DNA from: Felis catus
Lineage: Eukaryota
Assembly: GCF_018350175.1 (NCBI RefSeq)
Contig: NC_058380.1
Location: 91,946,001 to 92,010,000 of the forward strand
Reading direction: 5' to 3'
DNA: 64,000 nucleotides
Shown here: positions 11,143 through 23,144 of the stretch, in pieces
How positions within the stretch are numbered: the stretch's first letter is position 1
Layout: each line of letters opens with the position of its first letter
Notes under the pieces: model-generated
What the model was told of the DNA's origin: nothing
The model's database searches: none
The model's input: the letters and a program-made list of their open reading frames with translations, nothing else
Translations under genes and position numbers: made by a program

Positions 11143-14100
11143 ATGAAGTGCCTCCTGCTCTCCCTGGGCCTGGCCCTCGTGTGTGGCCTCCAGGCCGCCA
11201 CCCTCCCCCCGACCATGGAGGACCTGGATATAAGACAGGTGTGGGCGTGTGGGGTGGGTGCTGGGGGGCCTACAGAGGGCAGGAAGGCCTGACTGCAGAA
11301 ATCTAAGGGAAGACCAGACGAGGCATAGAGCTAGGCCAGGCCTTTGTCCCCCCAAACGCTGGCTCCGACCACCTGCCTGTTTCCCTCTCACTCCCGGGCG
11401 GAGTCACCCATGACTCTGCCACACTCCGGAAAGGAGCTCACCCAGGACAGCGCTGGGGGAGAGGGCAGCTATTGCAAATATGCAAGAACCCCTTGGGGTG
11501 TTGGCACACGGTAGGAGGTCCTCAGATGTGCCCTGAGTCCTGACGCACCACAATCGCGATCCCACTCGAGAAACCCCGGAGTGTAGGGGACAAACCAGCA
11601 GGCGGGTCGGAAGGAGAGCCCGCTGTGGGGCCGGGGCCGCCTCCCCGCCCCCGATGGCAGCTCAGGCCCCCTCCCCAGGTGGCTGGGACGTGGCACTCCA
11701 TGGCCATGGCGGCCAGCGACATCTCCCTCCTGGACTCGGAGACCGCCCCTCTGAGAGTGTACGTCCAGGAGCTGAGACCCACGCCCCGGGACAACCTGGA
11801 GATCATTCTGCGCAAACGGTGGGTGACCGAGGCCCCCGGGCTGGGGGCCGGCGAGGGCCTGGGCCCAGGGCGGGCGGGCTGGCGGGCAGGGTCCTGACGG
11901 GAGCTGTCTCCGTGGGGGTGGTCCCCAGTGGCCTCGGAGGCCCAGCCTATGGCTCCGGGCCGACAGGCCGATCACACAGGGCGGCCGCAGGTCAGTGAGC
12001 AGAGAGGCCCGTGTGGAGGCCGCCGGTCAGCTGGGGCTGGGGCCCTGGGGGCCTGGGCGGTTCCTGCCACGAGCCCTGTCTGCCCTGGAGAGAGGGCCGG
12101 GGACCCAAGGAATTCTCACTATGATTGGTGATGAGATCCTTAGAGGCGCTGTGACCAATCCCCCCGCGGACGGGGTCAGTTCTGAGCTAGCCCCCGCCCC
12201 CCACCCCCAGCAGCTTTCTGGGCTGGCTTCGTCTACCCCATTGTCACCTTGTCCGAGTCACCTGCTCAAGGCCACAGGGCCACTCACATTTGGGCCAACA
12301 GCTCATGGCCTTGCTCACAGCCGGCCCAGGGCTGGGTGTCCTCAGGGTCTGTGGACGCTTCCTGGAGTCCAGCTCCTGTCCCTCCACTGGGGTTCGGGGG
12401 TGACCCCCACCGCTCTGGCTTTTCAGGGAAAACCACGCATGCATCGAGGGGAACATCATGGCCCAGAGGACCGAGGACCCAGCCGTGTTCATGGTCGACT
12501 GTAAGTGCCCCCACCCCGTGCCCGTGGGGCCACCCCCTGGTCAGCCCCCCTTAGGTGCCCGTGGACAGAGTGCTCCCTCCCGCTCTGAGCCCCCCACCCC
12601 CGACCCCCGCCACGTCCTGACGGCAGGGAAGAGTCAGATGGGTGTGTGGCCTGCCCTGAACGCCAGGCCCGGCTTCTCCTAGCCTACATCGCAAAGGGCA
12701 CTCCCGGGGAGGGGGGGTGGATGAGGCCTGGGGACCAGCCCCCCGCCTCTGGGGCTCAGTCTCCTCCAGGCCCCTTGGCTCCCTGCTCAGGTAGGAAGAC
12801 GGCGGAGAGGCATCTGGTTCCCTGCGAACCCGGGCAGGTTCGGTCCTCGCAGGGAACGCCTGAGGGCAGGCCTGCGGCAACTCCCCTGCTCAGGGACCAG
12901 CGGCCTGTGGCTCCTTAAAAATACCCAAATAAACCAGACCGGTGGGCAAACACCCTGTGGATTTGCCGGTCAATCCTGGAACCTACTTCTGGAACGTTCT
13001 GGGCCTCAACTCCAGCCTTTCTGCCCGGGCCCTGTCTCCTGGGCCTAGAGGCCTCATCCGGGGCGGGCCCCGGGCCCACCCCCTAGCTTCCAGTCCTCCT
13101 CTGCCACCAAGGACGGCCACCGAGCACCCACCCCAGCACCTCCCGTTCTTAAGCTATGAGCAGGCTTTCCAGCAGGACCTCGGGTCATCCTGGGAAGGTG
13201 ACGGGAGCCTCCGAAGAGCTGGGCGGTGCCCGGCAGGGACACTGCTGGCCCACCCGCCGCTGTCCTGCTCCGAGCCCTGCCAGGCCCACGGCCCCACAGA
13301 CTTGGGGTCCCCACACGCTCCCGTTGGCTCCCCACCTTTGAAAAACAGACACCACGGCCCTACCCACCGCGATAATTCTCCATTTCCTTCTGCCCATTGA
13401 TGTCCGCCTAGAGCCGCGACTCCAGTGGGGCTCCGGTTCTGGATTATTTTGTCATCGCTCCCAGGACCTGGGCACCTGTCACAGGAATTGGGGGGGGTCA
13501 CCTGGGTCTTAGCGCCTGAGCGTGTGCACGAATATCCGAAAGGATGAAGGGCACAGCCAGAAGTGGGGACGAGCCTTGGGCCAAGCAGGGCAGAAAATCC
13601 CAGAAGGCCTGGCTGCCGTGCGGATTTTGAAAGACATGCCCGCGGTCTCGGCCCAAGTGCAGGGGTGCCGGTCCGGCGCAGCCAGGGCCGCTCGGAGGGC
13701 CCCCCGCGGGGTCCCTGCCAGGTGTGGGCCGTGGAAATGCACGGCAGGTGAAGGGGAGGCCCGAGGTGGCCAGGCGGGTCGTGGGCCGGATCTCAGGTCT
13801 CTGTTCTGGCCTCTTCTCCAGACCAGGGGGAAAAAAAGATCTCCGTGCTGGACACTGACTACACCCACTACATGTTTTTCTGCATGGAAGCCCCAGCGCC
13901 CGGCACGGAGAACGGCATGATGTGCCAGTATCTGGGTGCGTAGCCGCCACGGGGCCACCCTCCAAGGCGTGGCTCGTGAGCACCCCGGGGGCCCCGGTGG
14001 GAGGAAGGGAGCAGGGCTGCCTCCTGGCCTCCATGGCTCACGTTAGCAAAGGTCCTGGGGTGTGATCCGATGTGGAGTCGTCCACACGGGGAACCCTACC

Positions 14101-14822
14101 ATTGTTCTCAGGTGCTCTCTCCCAGGGCTCCCGAGGGGACCGTGGGCGCTGGGCCAGCAGGACGCTCCCTGGCCAGTTGACTCACGGTGTCCTGATGCGG
14201 CAGGACAGCTGACGGCCCGGGGGCTGTGGGCCCTCTTGTCCTGTGTCCATGCAGACCCCCCGGTGCTATCCTGGGACTGGGCCGGGGGAGGGGCAGGGAC
14301 GCTGGAGGGCAGGGGGGCTGAGCCCCGGAGGCCACCCCGGGAGCTGACCTCAGGACGCCAGTGTGTCCTTCCTGCACTTGCTCTCTGGACGGGGGGGACC
14401 TCGCGCTCCCTAGTGTCATCAAAGCCCCGCGGCCCAGGGACTGACCCACTGCCCCCCCCACGCCCCCCCAGCCAGGACCCTGAAGGCAGACAACGAGGTC
14501 ATGGAGAAATTCGACAGAGCCCTCCAGACCCTGCCCGTGCACATCCGGATCATCCTGGACCTGACCCAGGGGAAGGGTTAGCTCTGCCCTCGGTCGCCCC
14601 CTCCTGGGCTTGCTGTCCCAGCTCTGGGACCCATCAGTGGTTCTGTAGAAATCAGGACAGCGTCATCCTTCATCATTGGTCCCCATTCCCGGGTTGGGGA
14701 GGGGGTGCAGAGCCCCTGAGGCGGGGTTCCCCTCCCACCCCTCTGGGCCCAGGGCTGCCCTGGCGGCCTGTGACCTCTCCCCCCCGGCTCTCTCTCCTCC
14801 CGCAGAGCAGTGCCGCGTCTAG
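11143..14822 (+). CDS. LGB2: Beta-lactoglobulin II precursor, 181 aa
   Basis: Exons 11143-11238, 11679-11818, 12427-12500, 13822-13935, 14472-14576, 14806-14822 (546 bp, all GT-AG). [181 protein letters not shown]. GxW and TDY motifs; 163-aa mature chain typical of type II. Confidence 0.95.
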
Positions 14823-15382
14823 GTAGGTGAGCTCCTGCCCGACCCGCCTCCTGGGGTAACGTAGCAGCCCTGCCCCCACGTCCTGGGCACGTGCACGGGT
14901 GGGGGGCGTCCCGGGGGACCCCCAGCTCCCCTCTGTCGGGCCCTGGCCCCTCTGGGGGAATGGCTGGAACCCGTAGTCTCTCCTGCTGACCGCGGGGGGC
15001 CGGGCTGGCTGTGTGTCCACTCTCTCGAATGGCCTTTGTGGGATGGCGTTCCTGTGTCCCGGTCGAGCCCCCACGCGGACGTCCCCATGGGCTCTTCTGG
15101 GCAAGGGCGTGGGGTGACCAGCACTCAGCCTGAGGTGGAGAGGCCGTCCCTCACCCCCAGGCTGGGAGGGGCCGGCGAGGGTCTGACAGGCTCCCCAGGA
15201 ATCACAGGGGAGCCCTGGTCCATTTCAGGGCCCAGAGAGGATGACACCCCTTCCAGCCCCGTCGTCGTCGGGGGGTACTCAGGAGGGACCGGACCTGCCG
15301 GACCTGTTCATCCAGCCCCTAGGCTCCTGGGGGGGGGGGGCCCAGCCTGGGGTCTCCTGCTCTGAGCCCCTCCCCCTCCAGC

Positions 15383-15396
15383 AATAAAGAAATAAA
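15383..15396 (+). terminator. Tandem polyadenylation signals of BLG-II (non-coding exon 7 from 15229)
   Basis: AATAAAgaAATAAA; acceptor catttcag ends at 15228. Confidence 0.85.
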
Positions 15397-17731
15397 GCAG
15401 GGAACAGTCTGTCTGGGTCTTTCCTGGCCTTGTGCGTGTGGGGATGGGGGGGGTCCCCGCGGGGTGTTAGACACGATGTCCCGTTACCACGTGTGGCGTC
15501 TCTGGTCACACGACCGTGGAAGCTGTACGTGCTGAGGGGGCCGTGCAGCTGGGGTTCCAACTGCTCCGTTGCCTTTCCTGACACAGAAACGTCTCAGGGG
15601 TCTCCTTGGTGCCTCTTGCCCTCCCGCCAGCCTGAAGGTCGGGGTTGGGGGGGCGGTTGGAGCTCCAGGGCCGAGAGGGCACACGGCCTGCGGTGTGGAC
15701 GACAGGCCCACAGACACCAGCATCAAAGAGCAGAGCCCCTCCGCCCCCCTTTTAGGGCTCTGGGGTCCCCCAGGGAGCCACTGCAGAGGGGACCTGCCCC
15801 CCCCCGCCCCGGACAGAAACGGGAACAGGAAATGGGCCGGCCTGTGGTCACCCTGAGCCCCTGCCTGGGGGCTGAATGTAGGCCTTCCTTCCACCGTCAC
15901 CAAGGCCCTGGAAGGCAGCCACTCCCGTCCACACCGAGGGAGGGTGTCCCAGCAGCAACTAGCCTCCAGGTCCACACAGCCCGGTCAGAGGGGGACCTGG
16001 ACGTTGACCCAGGCCGTGTGGCTCCAGCCCAGCTCTGAACTCGACACAAAGCCCCATCTCAGGGCAACACTGGGTTCGGGCCCGGAGACACCACTGATGG
16101 GATCCGGCCCACCCGGGGCGGGTGGAAAGGAAGTGAGCTGGCTTCTGGGGGCGCCGGGCACGGAACCCGTGTGCCACACGCGTCCGCGGTCACCAGGGCC
16201 ACGTGCTGGCGAGGCGCGGGTGCTGGAGTCAAGAGGGCAGCGCAGGCCAGCCCGCCCGGCCCCTGCCGTCCATTCCGCGTCTGGTCTCGTCCGTAAGTGG
16301 AGACGGCTGAAGGAACAAATGCAGGGAGTGGGAGGTAGGACACAGGGGAGGACAGCTCCTGCACCCTGAGCTCGGCTGCACACCCCGCGTGGTGCTGTGG
16401 CCCCGCTGCCGTGACCACAACTCTGACACCCCTCGGGCCTCAGGCCCCAACCTCAGGGCCGGCTGCCCCTCCCGCCGGGCCCCTCCAGCCACCGCCATGG
16501 TTACCTGGAAGCCAGCAAAGTAAGCACCACGATCACGAGCCCTGAAAATAACATAAACTCCAAAAAGAGAGCCCTGGAAGGTGGGCGAGCAGGGCGGTCT
16601 GGTCTGGGACCCGGGGATCCGAGGACAGCGCAGTGGCAGCTAGTTCTGGGTCCCCCCCAGGACAGAAGGCAGCCCAGGGTGGCTCACTGCCCACCTGGAT
16701 CAAACCGGAGTCCCCCCATGACACCAGGCTAGCCCAGTGCCTGTGGCCAGAAGGACCAACGGGGGCCCCTCCAACCGCGAGCTGCCGGGACGGACTCCCC
16801 TTCCTCGGGACACCGGGCCTGAGACGACCCTCCCCTGGGGAGCCGGGCCGTGGCCTTGAGCTGGAGAATCGCTCCTGTCCCTCAGGCAGCGCCGGCCCGT
16901 CCCTCAGGCAGTGCCGGCAGGGCCACGGGAGTCCCACGCCAGCCACGCCGGCAAAGGCAAGCTGTGAACGTCAGACTGGCGGGACCGCGTGCTGCCCCCA
17001 AACCGGAAGCCGCCGCCGCTGCTGCTGCCTGGGACACTTTCAACAGGACCCGGGGTCTCCGACAGAAGAGGCAGAGTGACCGGGGAGCAGCCGGAGGTCA
17101 CCCGGCACACGGGACACCAGGAGCATCACAGCCCGAGGGAGAAGACGACGAGAGGGCGCCCCACGGACATTCGCGGGACGGCTACCGCAGCACCAACCAC
17201 ACCTCCTCGGGCAAAGGAAACTGCTCTGATGACAGGTCCCTGAGCACGAGGCCACCCGCTCACCAGACACACGGCAGTCCCAATGGACGCGCCCACACAG
17301 CGCGGCTGCAGAACGCCCCCAGCGAAGGCTGACAGGCCTGAAAGGGGGAAGGACAGACAGACACCCCAGGCTCCGAGCCGGGGGCTTGCACCTGCCCTGA
17401 GTGGCCGAGGGATGCGGGAGGCCGGGGGCGGTAAGTGCAGAAAATGGAGCCACGCGGTCAGCCACGGGCGGGTACAAACCTGCTTACACAGAGCGCAGCC
17501 CCAACGGCCTCAGAGCCGGACGGCTCTCACCCCCGACGTCCAGACCCCGGGACGCCCCTCTGCAGACGCCAGGCGAACCCCCCGTGGGCCCCGCGGGCTC
17601 TGACGGCCCGGCTACCGAGCGCAGGGGAGGGGTGGGGCCAGGAAATCTCCAGAGCAGCTCACAGAACTCAGAGAAACACGAAGAAAGGGCCACCAGGACA
17701 GAGCGCGCCCACGTGGCCTGACCCTGGGACC

Positions 17732-17925
17732 GGGGGCGCCTGGGGGGCTCGGTCGGTTCAGCATCCCACTCTTGGTTTCTGCTCAGGTCGTGATCTCATG
17801 GCTCATGAGCTGCACGGTGCGGAGCCTTCTTGGGGTTCTCCGTCCCCCCCTCTCTCTGCCCCTCCCCTGCTCGCGTGCGCGTGCACGCGCTCTGTCTCAT
17901 CAATAATAAATAAATAAATAAATGA
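17732..17925 (+). mobile_element. Can-SINE
   Basis: ggggcgcctgg head, CT-rich tract, (AAAT)n tail. Confidence 0.85.
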
Positions 17926-18807
17926 AATCTGTGATGGAGACAGACAAATTACATGTAAAGAAACACAAAGAGAAGGACGGCGGCATTTGTAGGAGCGAGA
18001 GATTCGTGCTGGGGACTGGGCGCTCGTGTGCGTTGTTAGGTCAAGGGACGTCCCTTCCATTCCTGTTTCGCTGAAAGGTTTTACTTCATTGTCCTGGGCT
18101 GTCCTGCCCTGCCCTGTCTTGTCCTGTGCCGGGCTGTGTTTTTGAGCCAGAGTTGCTGGTAAACTATAAGCGGTGTGATTTCTGCGTAAGCTAAGCTGAC
18201 CAAGTCCTCTTTCTTCTTTAGCCTGTTGAGGTCACAAACGGCACCGGTGTGCAGTTTGCAAGGTCAGAAGGTCCTCACGGTTCCGATTTCGTTCCGATGC
18301 TCTGTCCGCTGCTGGGTGCCACATTCTGCCCTTTAGCCGAGGGCGTTTTGCACTTACTTCCGGGGGAGGCTGCCGCTCCCTGTCTTGCTGTGACACGGAG
18401 GTTGAACGGGTCCGTGGGACGGGCTGGGAGTACCCTGCCTCCCGTTCTGGGTTTGGACCCTGTTCTCGATGGGTTATACAGAAACCATCTATGGAAGCCG
18501 GCAAGGCCACGGTGCCTCCTTGGGCGCTGACTGTGTGCGCTCCTGGGGCCGCTGGCAGCTCGCCCCGTGCCCCGAGGGCTCGTTCACAACCAAGCTGCAC
18601 GAGCACCGGGCACTGAGCTTTGGTGCAAACCACAGAATGTTCCAGATGGAGGCAGCAGGCCGCATGGCCTTTCTGCGGAAGAGCAGGGGCTCAGGCGGCC
18701 TCCGAGGAAACAAGAGTGACACCCCCTCCCGAGATGGATGCTTCCAAAAGGATGGGGAGCACGCTGGGCGGGGGGTGGGGGCGGGGGAGGCCGTGCGTGG
18801 CAATTAG

Positions 18808-19800
18808 ACTTTTTTTGTTAATTGCAGCAAAATACACGTAGCGTGAATCACAACAGTTAGCACTTTCGAGGGCACCGTTCGGGGGCGTCAGGCGCATTCA
18901 CGCGGTCGTGCAGCCGTCCCCTCTGTCCGTCCCCAGAACGTGTCTATTTTCCCAGACTAGACTCTGTCCCGTTACGCACTGACCTCCCCCCAAACCGTGC
19001 AGCCCCCCGCCCCCCTCCCGCTTTCTGTGTCTGTGGGGTTTTTTCCTCCTTTCTCTCTCCCTGAGACGAACCGTTCTGAAGTGCGCAACTCGGTAACGCT
19101 GGGGGCAGTCACACTGCCGTAAAAACACATCTCCAGGACTTTTTCATCTTGCAAAATACAAACTCTGCACCCATAGAACAATACCTCTCCTCCCCCAGCC
19201 CCTGGCCCCCCCCCCCTTCCATCTCCACGGACCTGACTCCTCTGGGTCCCTCACGTAAGTGGAATCCTACGGGATTCGATCTGTCCCGTCTGGCATATCT
19301 CACTCGGCATAATGTCCTCAAGCTCCGTCCACGTGGTCTCAGCTGTCAGGATTTCCTTCCTTTTGAAGGCGGAATAATTTTCCACGGTATGGACGGACCG
19401 CGTGGTTTATGCCTCCATCCGTCGATGGACACGTGGGCCGCTTCCCCCCTTCGGCCGCGGCGAAGACGCTGCCGTGAACAGGGAGGCACAAATATCTCTC
19501 CGAGATCTGCTCTCAGGGGCGCCGGGGGCTCAGTCGGTGGCGCGTCTGACTCTTGGTTTCGGCTCAGGCCGTGGTCCCGCGGTTCGTGGGATCGAGCCCT
19601 GCGTCAGGCTCCACGCCGAGCGGCGTGGGGTCTGCTTGGGATTCTGTCTCCGTCTCGCTCTTTCAAAGGAAGCAAGGAAACTGAAAAGAAGAATGTGCCT
19701 TCAGATCTTTTGGGGTCTGTGGCGGAGCTGTGGGATCACACGGTAATTGTGAAATCTGCTTACTGTCTTGAGGAACTGCCATCCGGTCTTCTATGGTGAC
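18808..19800 (-). mobile_element. Old L1M 3'-end fragments (GC-shifted) with a Can-SINE inserted at ~19516-19690 (+)
   Basis: Antisense L1 3' end motifs (e.g. ggaataattttccacggtatggacggacc), split by a SINE head ggggcgccgggggctcagtcgg. Confidence 0.65.
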
Positions 19801-20474
19801 AGTAATTTGGCCACACCGTTGGTGACACATTTGAGACTATTTTGGCGACTTGTGTTTTACCTGCTGTGCTACTGACGTGAGTAACGTTAGTGAGTGCGGG
19901 CACCTCAAGTCCCCGGGGCTCTGGAGGCTCAGGGAGGCGGCGTCCGGGACCCAGCGGTGGTGCCGGTGTCGGGGGTGGGGGTTGGGTTGCCTAGGATTTG
20001 TGCAGGGAGGGAGCCCCCGCCGGGAGAGGTGTTCTTTCCAGATGGAAGTTAACCCACGAGGGTGCATGCTTGGGGACACCTGGTGCCGGCCACCACACTC
20101 GTGCCCGGCAAAACTCAGACTCGCCCTCGTGGTGCCACGCTGCCCACTGGTCCCACTGACGCCCAGCTGCAGGGACAGGTCCCGGGGAAACAGGGCGGGG
20201 CATCAACGCAGGTCCTCAGCTGCGTGAAAGCCCACTGCCCCTCCCTGGCCCCAAGAGTTCATCCTAAGAAAAGTAATGTCCTGCTTCTGCCGTCACAGGC
20301 TTGCCCTCTGGCCACTTCTGAAGACCTCGGGGTCCCGACAGGAGGGCAAGGGCCTGGAGCCAGTCCCCTCCCACGTCCCACTCACTGGGGCAGCGATCTG
20401 GGAAAGTTGGATGCCGGGGCCTGGGTCTCCCCTCAGACTGGACAACGCCAACCGCCTGAGGCCAGCGATCACTT

Positions 20475-20705
20475 TTTTTTTCCTTTTGTGTGTGTGTGTT
20501 TTAAGTTTATTTATTTTTGAGAGACAGACAGAGCATGAGCGGGGGAGGGGCAGAGAGAGAGGAAGACATAGAATCTGAAGCGGGCTCCAGGCTCTGAGCA
20601 AGCGGTCAGCACAGAGCCTGATGTGGGGCTCGAACCCGTGGACGGTGAGATCATGACCCGAGCCGAAGTCGGACGCTCAACCGACTGAGCCCCCCAGGCG
20701 TCCCT
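20475..20705 (-). mobile_element. Can-SINE (felid type)
   Basis: Full antisense body ending ...gactgagcccccaggcgtccc. Confidence 0.92.
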
Positions 20706-20994
20706 CTTTGTGTTTTTTTAAATAGCATTCTGAGGAGTATTCTGGAAATTATGACCAGGTGCATCCCAAACAGCACGCTTTGCAGCACCATGTTGGCAGG
20801 GACGCGGCAGAATCTCCGAGAACGCGAGAGGGATGTCACCCGCAGAGGGCGGGGCCAGCGCTTCCCAAACTCACCAGAAAACGGGACATCTGCTTTCTGC
20901 AGGCTGACACCCCCACGACCCTGTCCTGGAAGCCAAGTACGGCCTCGCATCTCGCAGCCGGGTCACCGCGGACACGGTCGAAGCTGCTGGAGCT

Positions 20995-21401
20995 AGTAGC
21001 CAGGGCCACCGTCGCAAAGGACCCCCCGCTGGTGGGGACTGCTAGCCACAGAGGACCACTCTCCCAGTTCCCAGGCCCGAAGTCCAGTCAAGGGGTGGGC
21101 AGGGCTGTGCTCCCTCCGAAGGCTGCAGGGGAGGCTCCTGGCCTCTTCCAGCTTCTGGAGCTGCTGGGTGTCCCAGCATCCCTTGTCTTGTAGACACATC
21201 CCTCCCAAGTTCTGGCTTCGTGGCCACAGGCCTTCTCCCTGGGTCCCCTCTCTGCCCCTGTTTTCTCTTAAAAGGACATGAGACAGTAGCCCCCACTCCC
21301 ACGTGGGCCTCATCCGCAGAAATCACATCTGTAGAGTCCCTGTTTCCAAATAAGGTCACATTTGGACGTGAGTTTTGGGGGACACCATTCAACCCAGTGC
21401 A
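20995..21401 (-). mobile_element. MaLR solo LTR (MLT1-like)
   Basis: Diagnostic tttccaaataaggtcaca and gggggacaccattcaaccca motifs. Confidence 0.75.
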
Positions 21402-22917
21402 TTCCCTGCTGCTCCCCGGAAAACAGGAAAACGCTGAACCCCGGAGGCTGTCACGGGGACTGCGGGGAGGGCGTGGGGAGGGCCCGGAAGGGTCACGGTG
21501 CCTGGCGCACGCCCCACAGAGGTGCTGCTGGACGCCCACCTCACCCGGACCGTTCCAGATCCTCCACCGACAGGCAGCAAGAATGTCCACCCCACCCCAC
21601 CTGGCTTCAAGGCCACTCCTCAGAGTTTCAACAGACACCCCACGTCCAGGGTCAGAGCCTCCCCCGGGAGCGGCAGCCACACTGAGGCCGGCCACCTGCC
21701 AGGGAGGATCGTGGACACCGAGAGGCAGGTCTGCACAAGCTGCCACAAGAGGGCCACACCGGCCTGACGGCCTGAGCCACCGCCTCTCCCGCCCTTAGAA
21801 CCAGAGCCCCGTGGCCCGGGACCTGCCATCTCTCTGCGGGGTGGGCTCTTTCCTGGCACAGTGACATGCAGTGACATGCGGCCTTTCCAGGAAAGAGAGC
21901 AGAGCCCTGGGCCTCCACCCGAGCTGCTGCTGCTGCCCGTGGGTCACCCGGATGGGCCCCACCTGTGGGGGAGGTGCCCTCCAGATGCCCCATCGGGAGA
22001 GGGCACAGGGCAGGTGGCTGTCCCCCTCCGCGCTCCTCCTCCATCCTGATGCCCGCCTCCCAGGGACGGGCAGGTTGACCGTCTGAATGTCAGGTGGTGG
22101 CCTTTCACCCCCTTGGCTCAGCGCACGGGGCTCGCGCGTCCCCCTGTGGGTGCTGGTTTGCAACCTGATCGGCGGGACACGTTCTTTTGTAACCGCTCGA
22201 CTCCCCTCCGCGCCCGCACACCTGGAGCTCCCGGGCACGAGGGGCCACAGGAAGTGCTTCGGGCGATTTCAGAGGTGCGGCCTGGCAGACCCGTGGGCTT
22301 CCTGATGGCACGTACCCATGGACGCCCCTCGTGCTGCCCCCACGCGCGCCCCACCCTGAGAAGGACCTAGCCCGTGGGCTGGGTGACCCTGCCGATCACC
22401 GTGGTCCCCGACCACTCCTGTGACTCGGCAGAACGCCCACTGCCGGCCAGGCCCGTCCTCGGACCCCACCTGAACCCGCGGCACCTTCCCCTTCTTGCAG
22501 GTGGTGGGGTGACCGGGAGGAGAACCCATCCTCCCAAGGCCGTGGCCGTGGGTCGTGGAGTCTCTGATGCCCCAGGAGAGAGAATGAAACCGAAGGAGAA
22601 AGACCTGGGAGGCCTTGACCAGCCGGGCACGTGGGGGCACCGGGAGGTGGTGGGCGCCTGCAGGAGGAGAGGGGTGAAGGGGTGATGTCTGTTCCTCGTG
22701 TGGGACAGACAGCCACCCGCAGTCACAATGTCCCGGACCCTGGGGCTGGCGTGCGGCCCTCCGGCCATTGGCTGGGCTCCGGGGCACACCCTCCAGGACA
22801 CAGCTGTCCCCAGTGCTGACTCTGACCTGTTGTTCTCAAAGATCGTGACCCAGGAAGTGTTCCCGATACTGGCGACCAGCCTGGACCCACACCCCGGACA
22901 CTGCCCCCTCGGGGGCC

Positions 22918-23080
22918 TACCAGGAACTGTCCAGGGACACAAGGACCGTCCCGTTCCCACTCGCTCTGCAGGAAGAAGGCCTCCCATTGTGCGGGTGGAG
23001 GAAGCCCCCTGAGGGCCTGGGGATGAGCCAAGGGGGATTCGGGGAACCACATGGCTCGCAGGCCCCCGGCCCCCGTATAA
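22918..23080 (+). promoter_or_regulatory. BLG-III proximal promoter: STAT5/GAS site and TATA box
   Basis: TACCAGGAA 22918-22926, TTCGGGGAA 23038-23046, TATAA 23076-23080. Homologous to the BLG-II promoter from ~22700 (vs ~10660). Confidence 0.8.
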
Positions 23081-23144
23081 GGGCCCAGGCCCGCGGCCTG
23101 GCCTTCCTCAGTCCCGGGAGCTCAGCGCCACCACAGCCGCAGCC

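Noticed and set aside
15450-22700. Possible extra BLG pseudogene between BLG-II and BLG-III
   Set aside because: No GxW, TDY or other exon remnants seen; the many ORFs are GC-rich noise or repeats.
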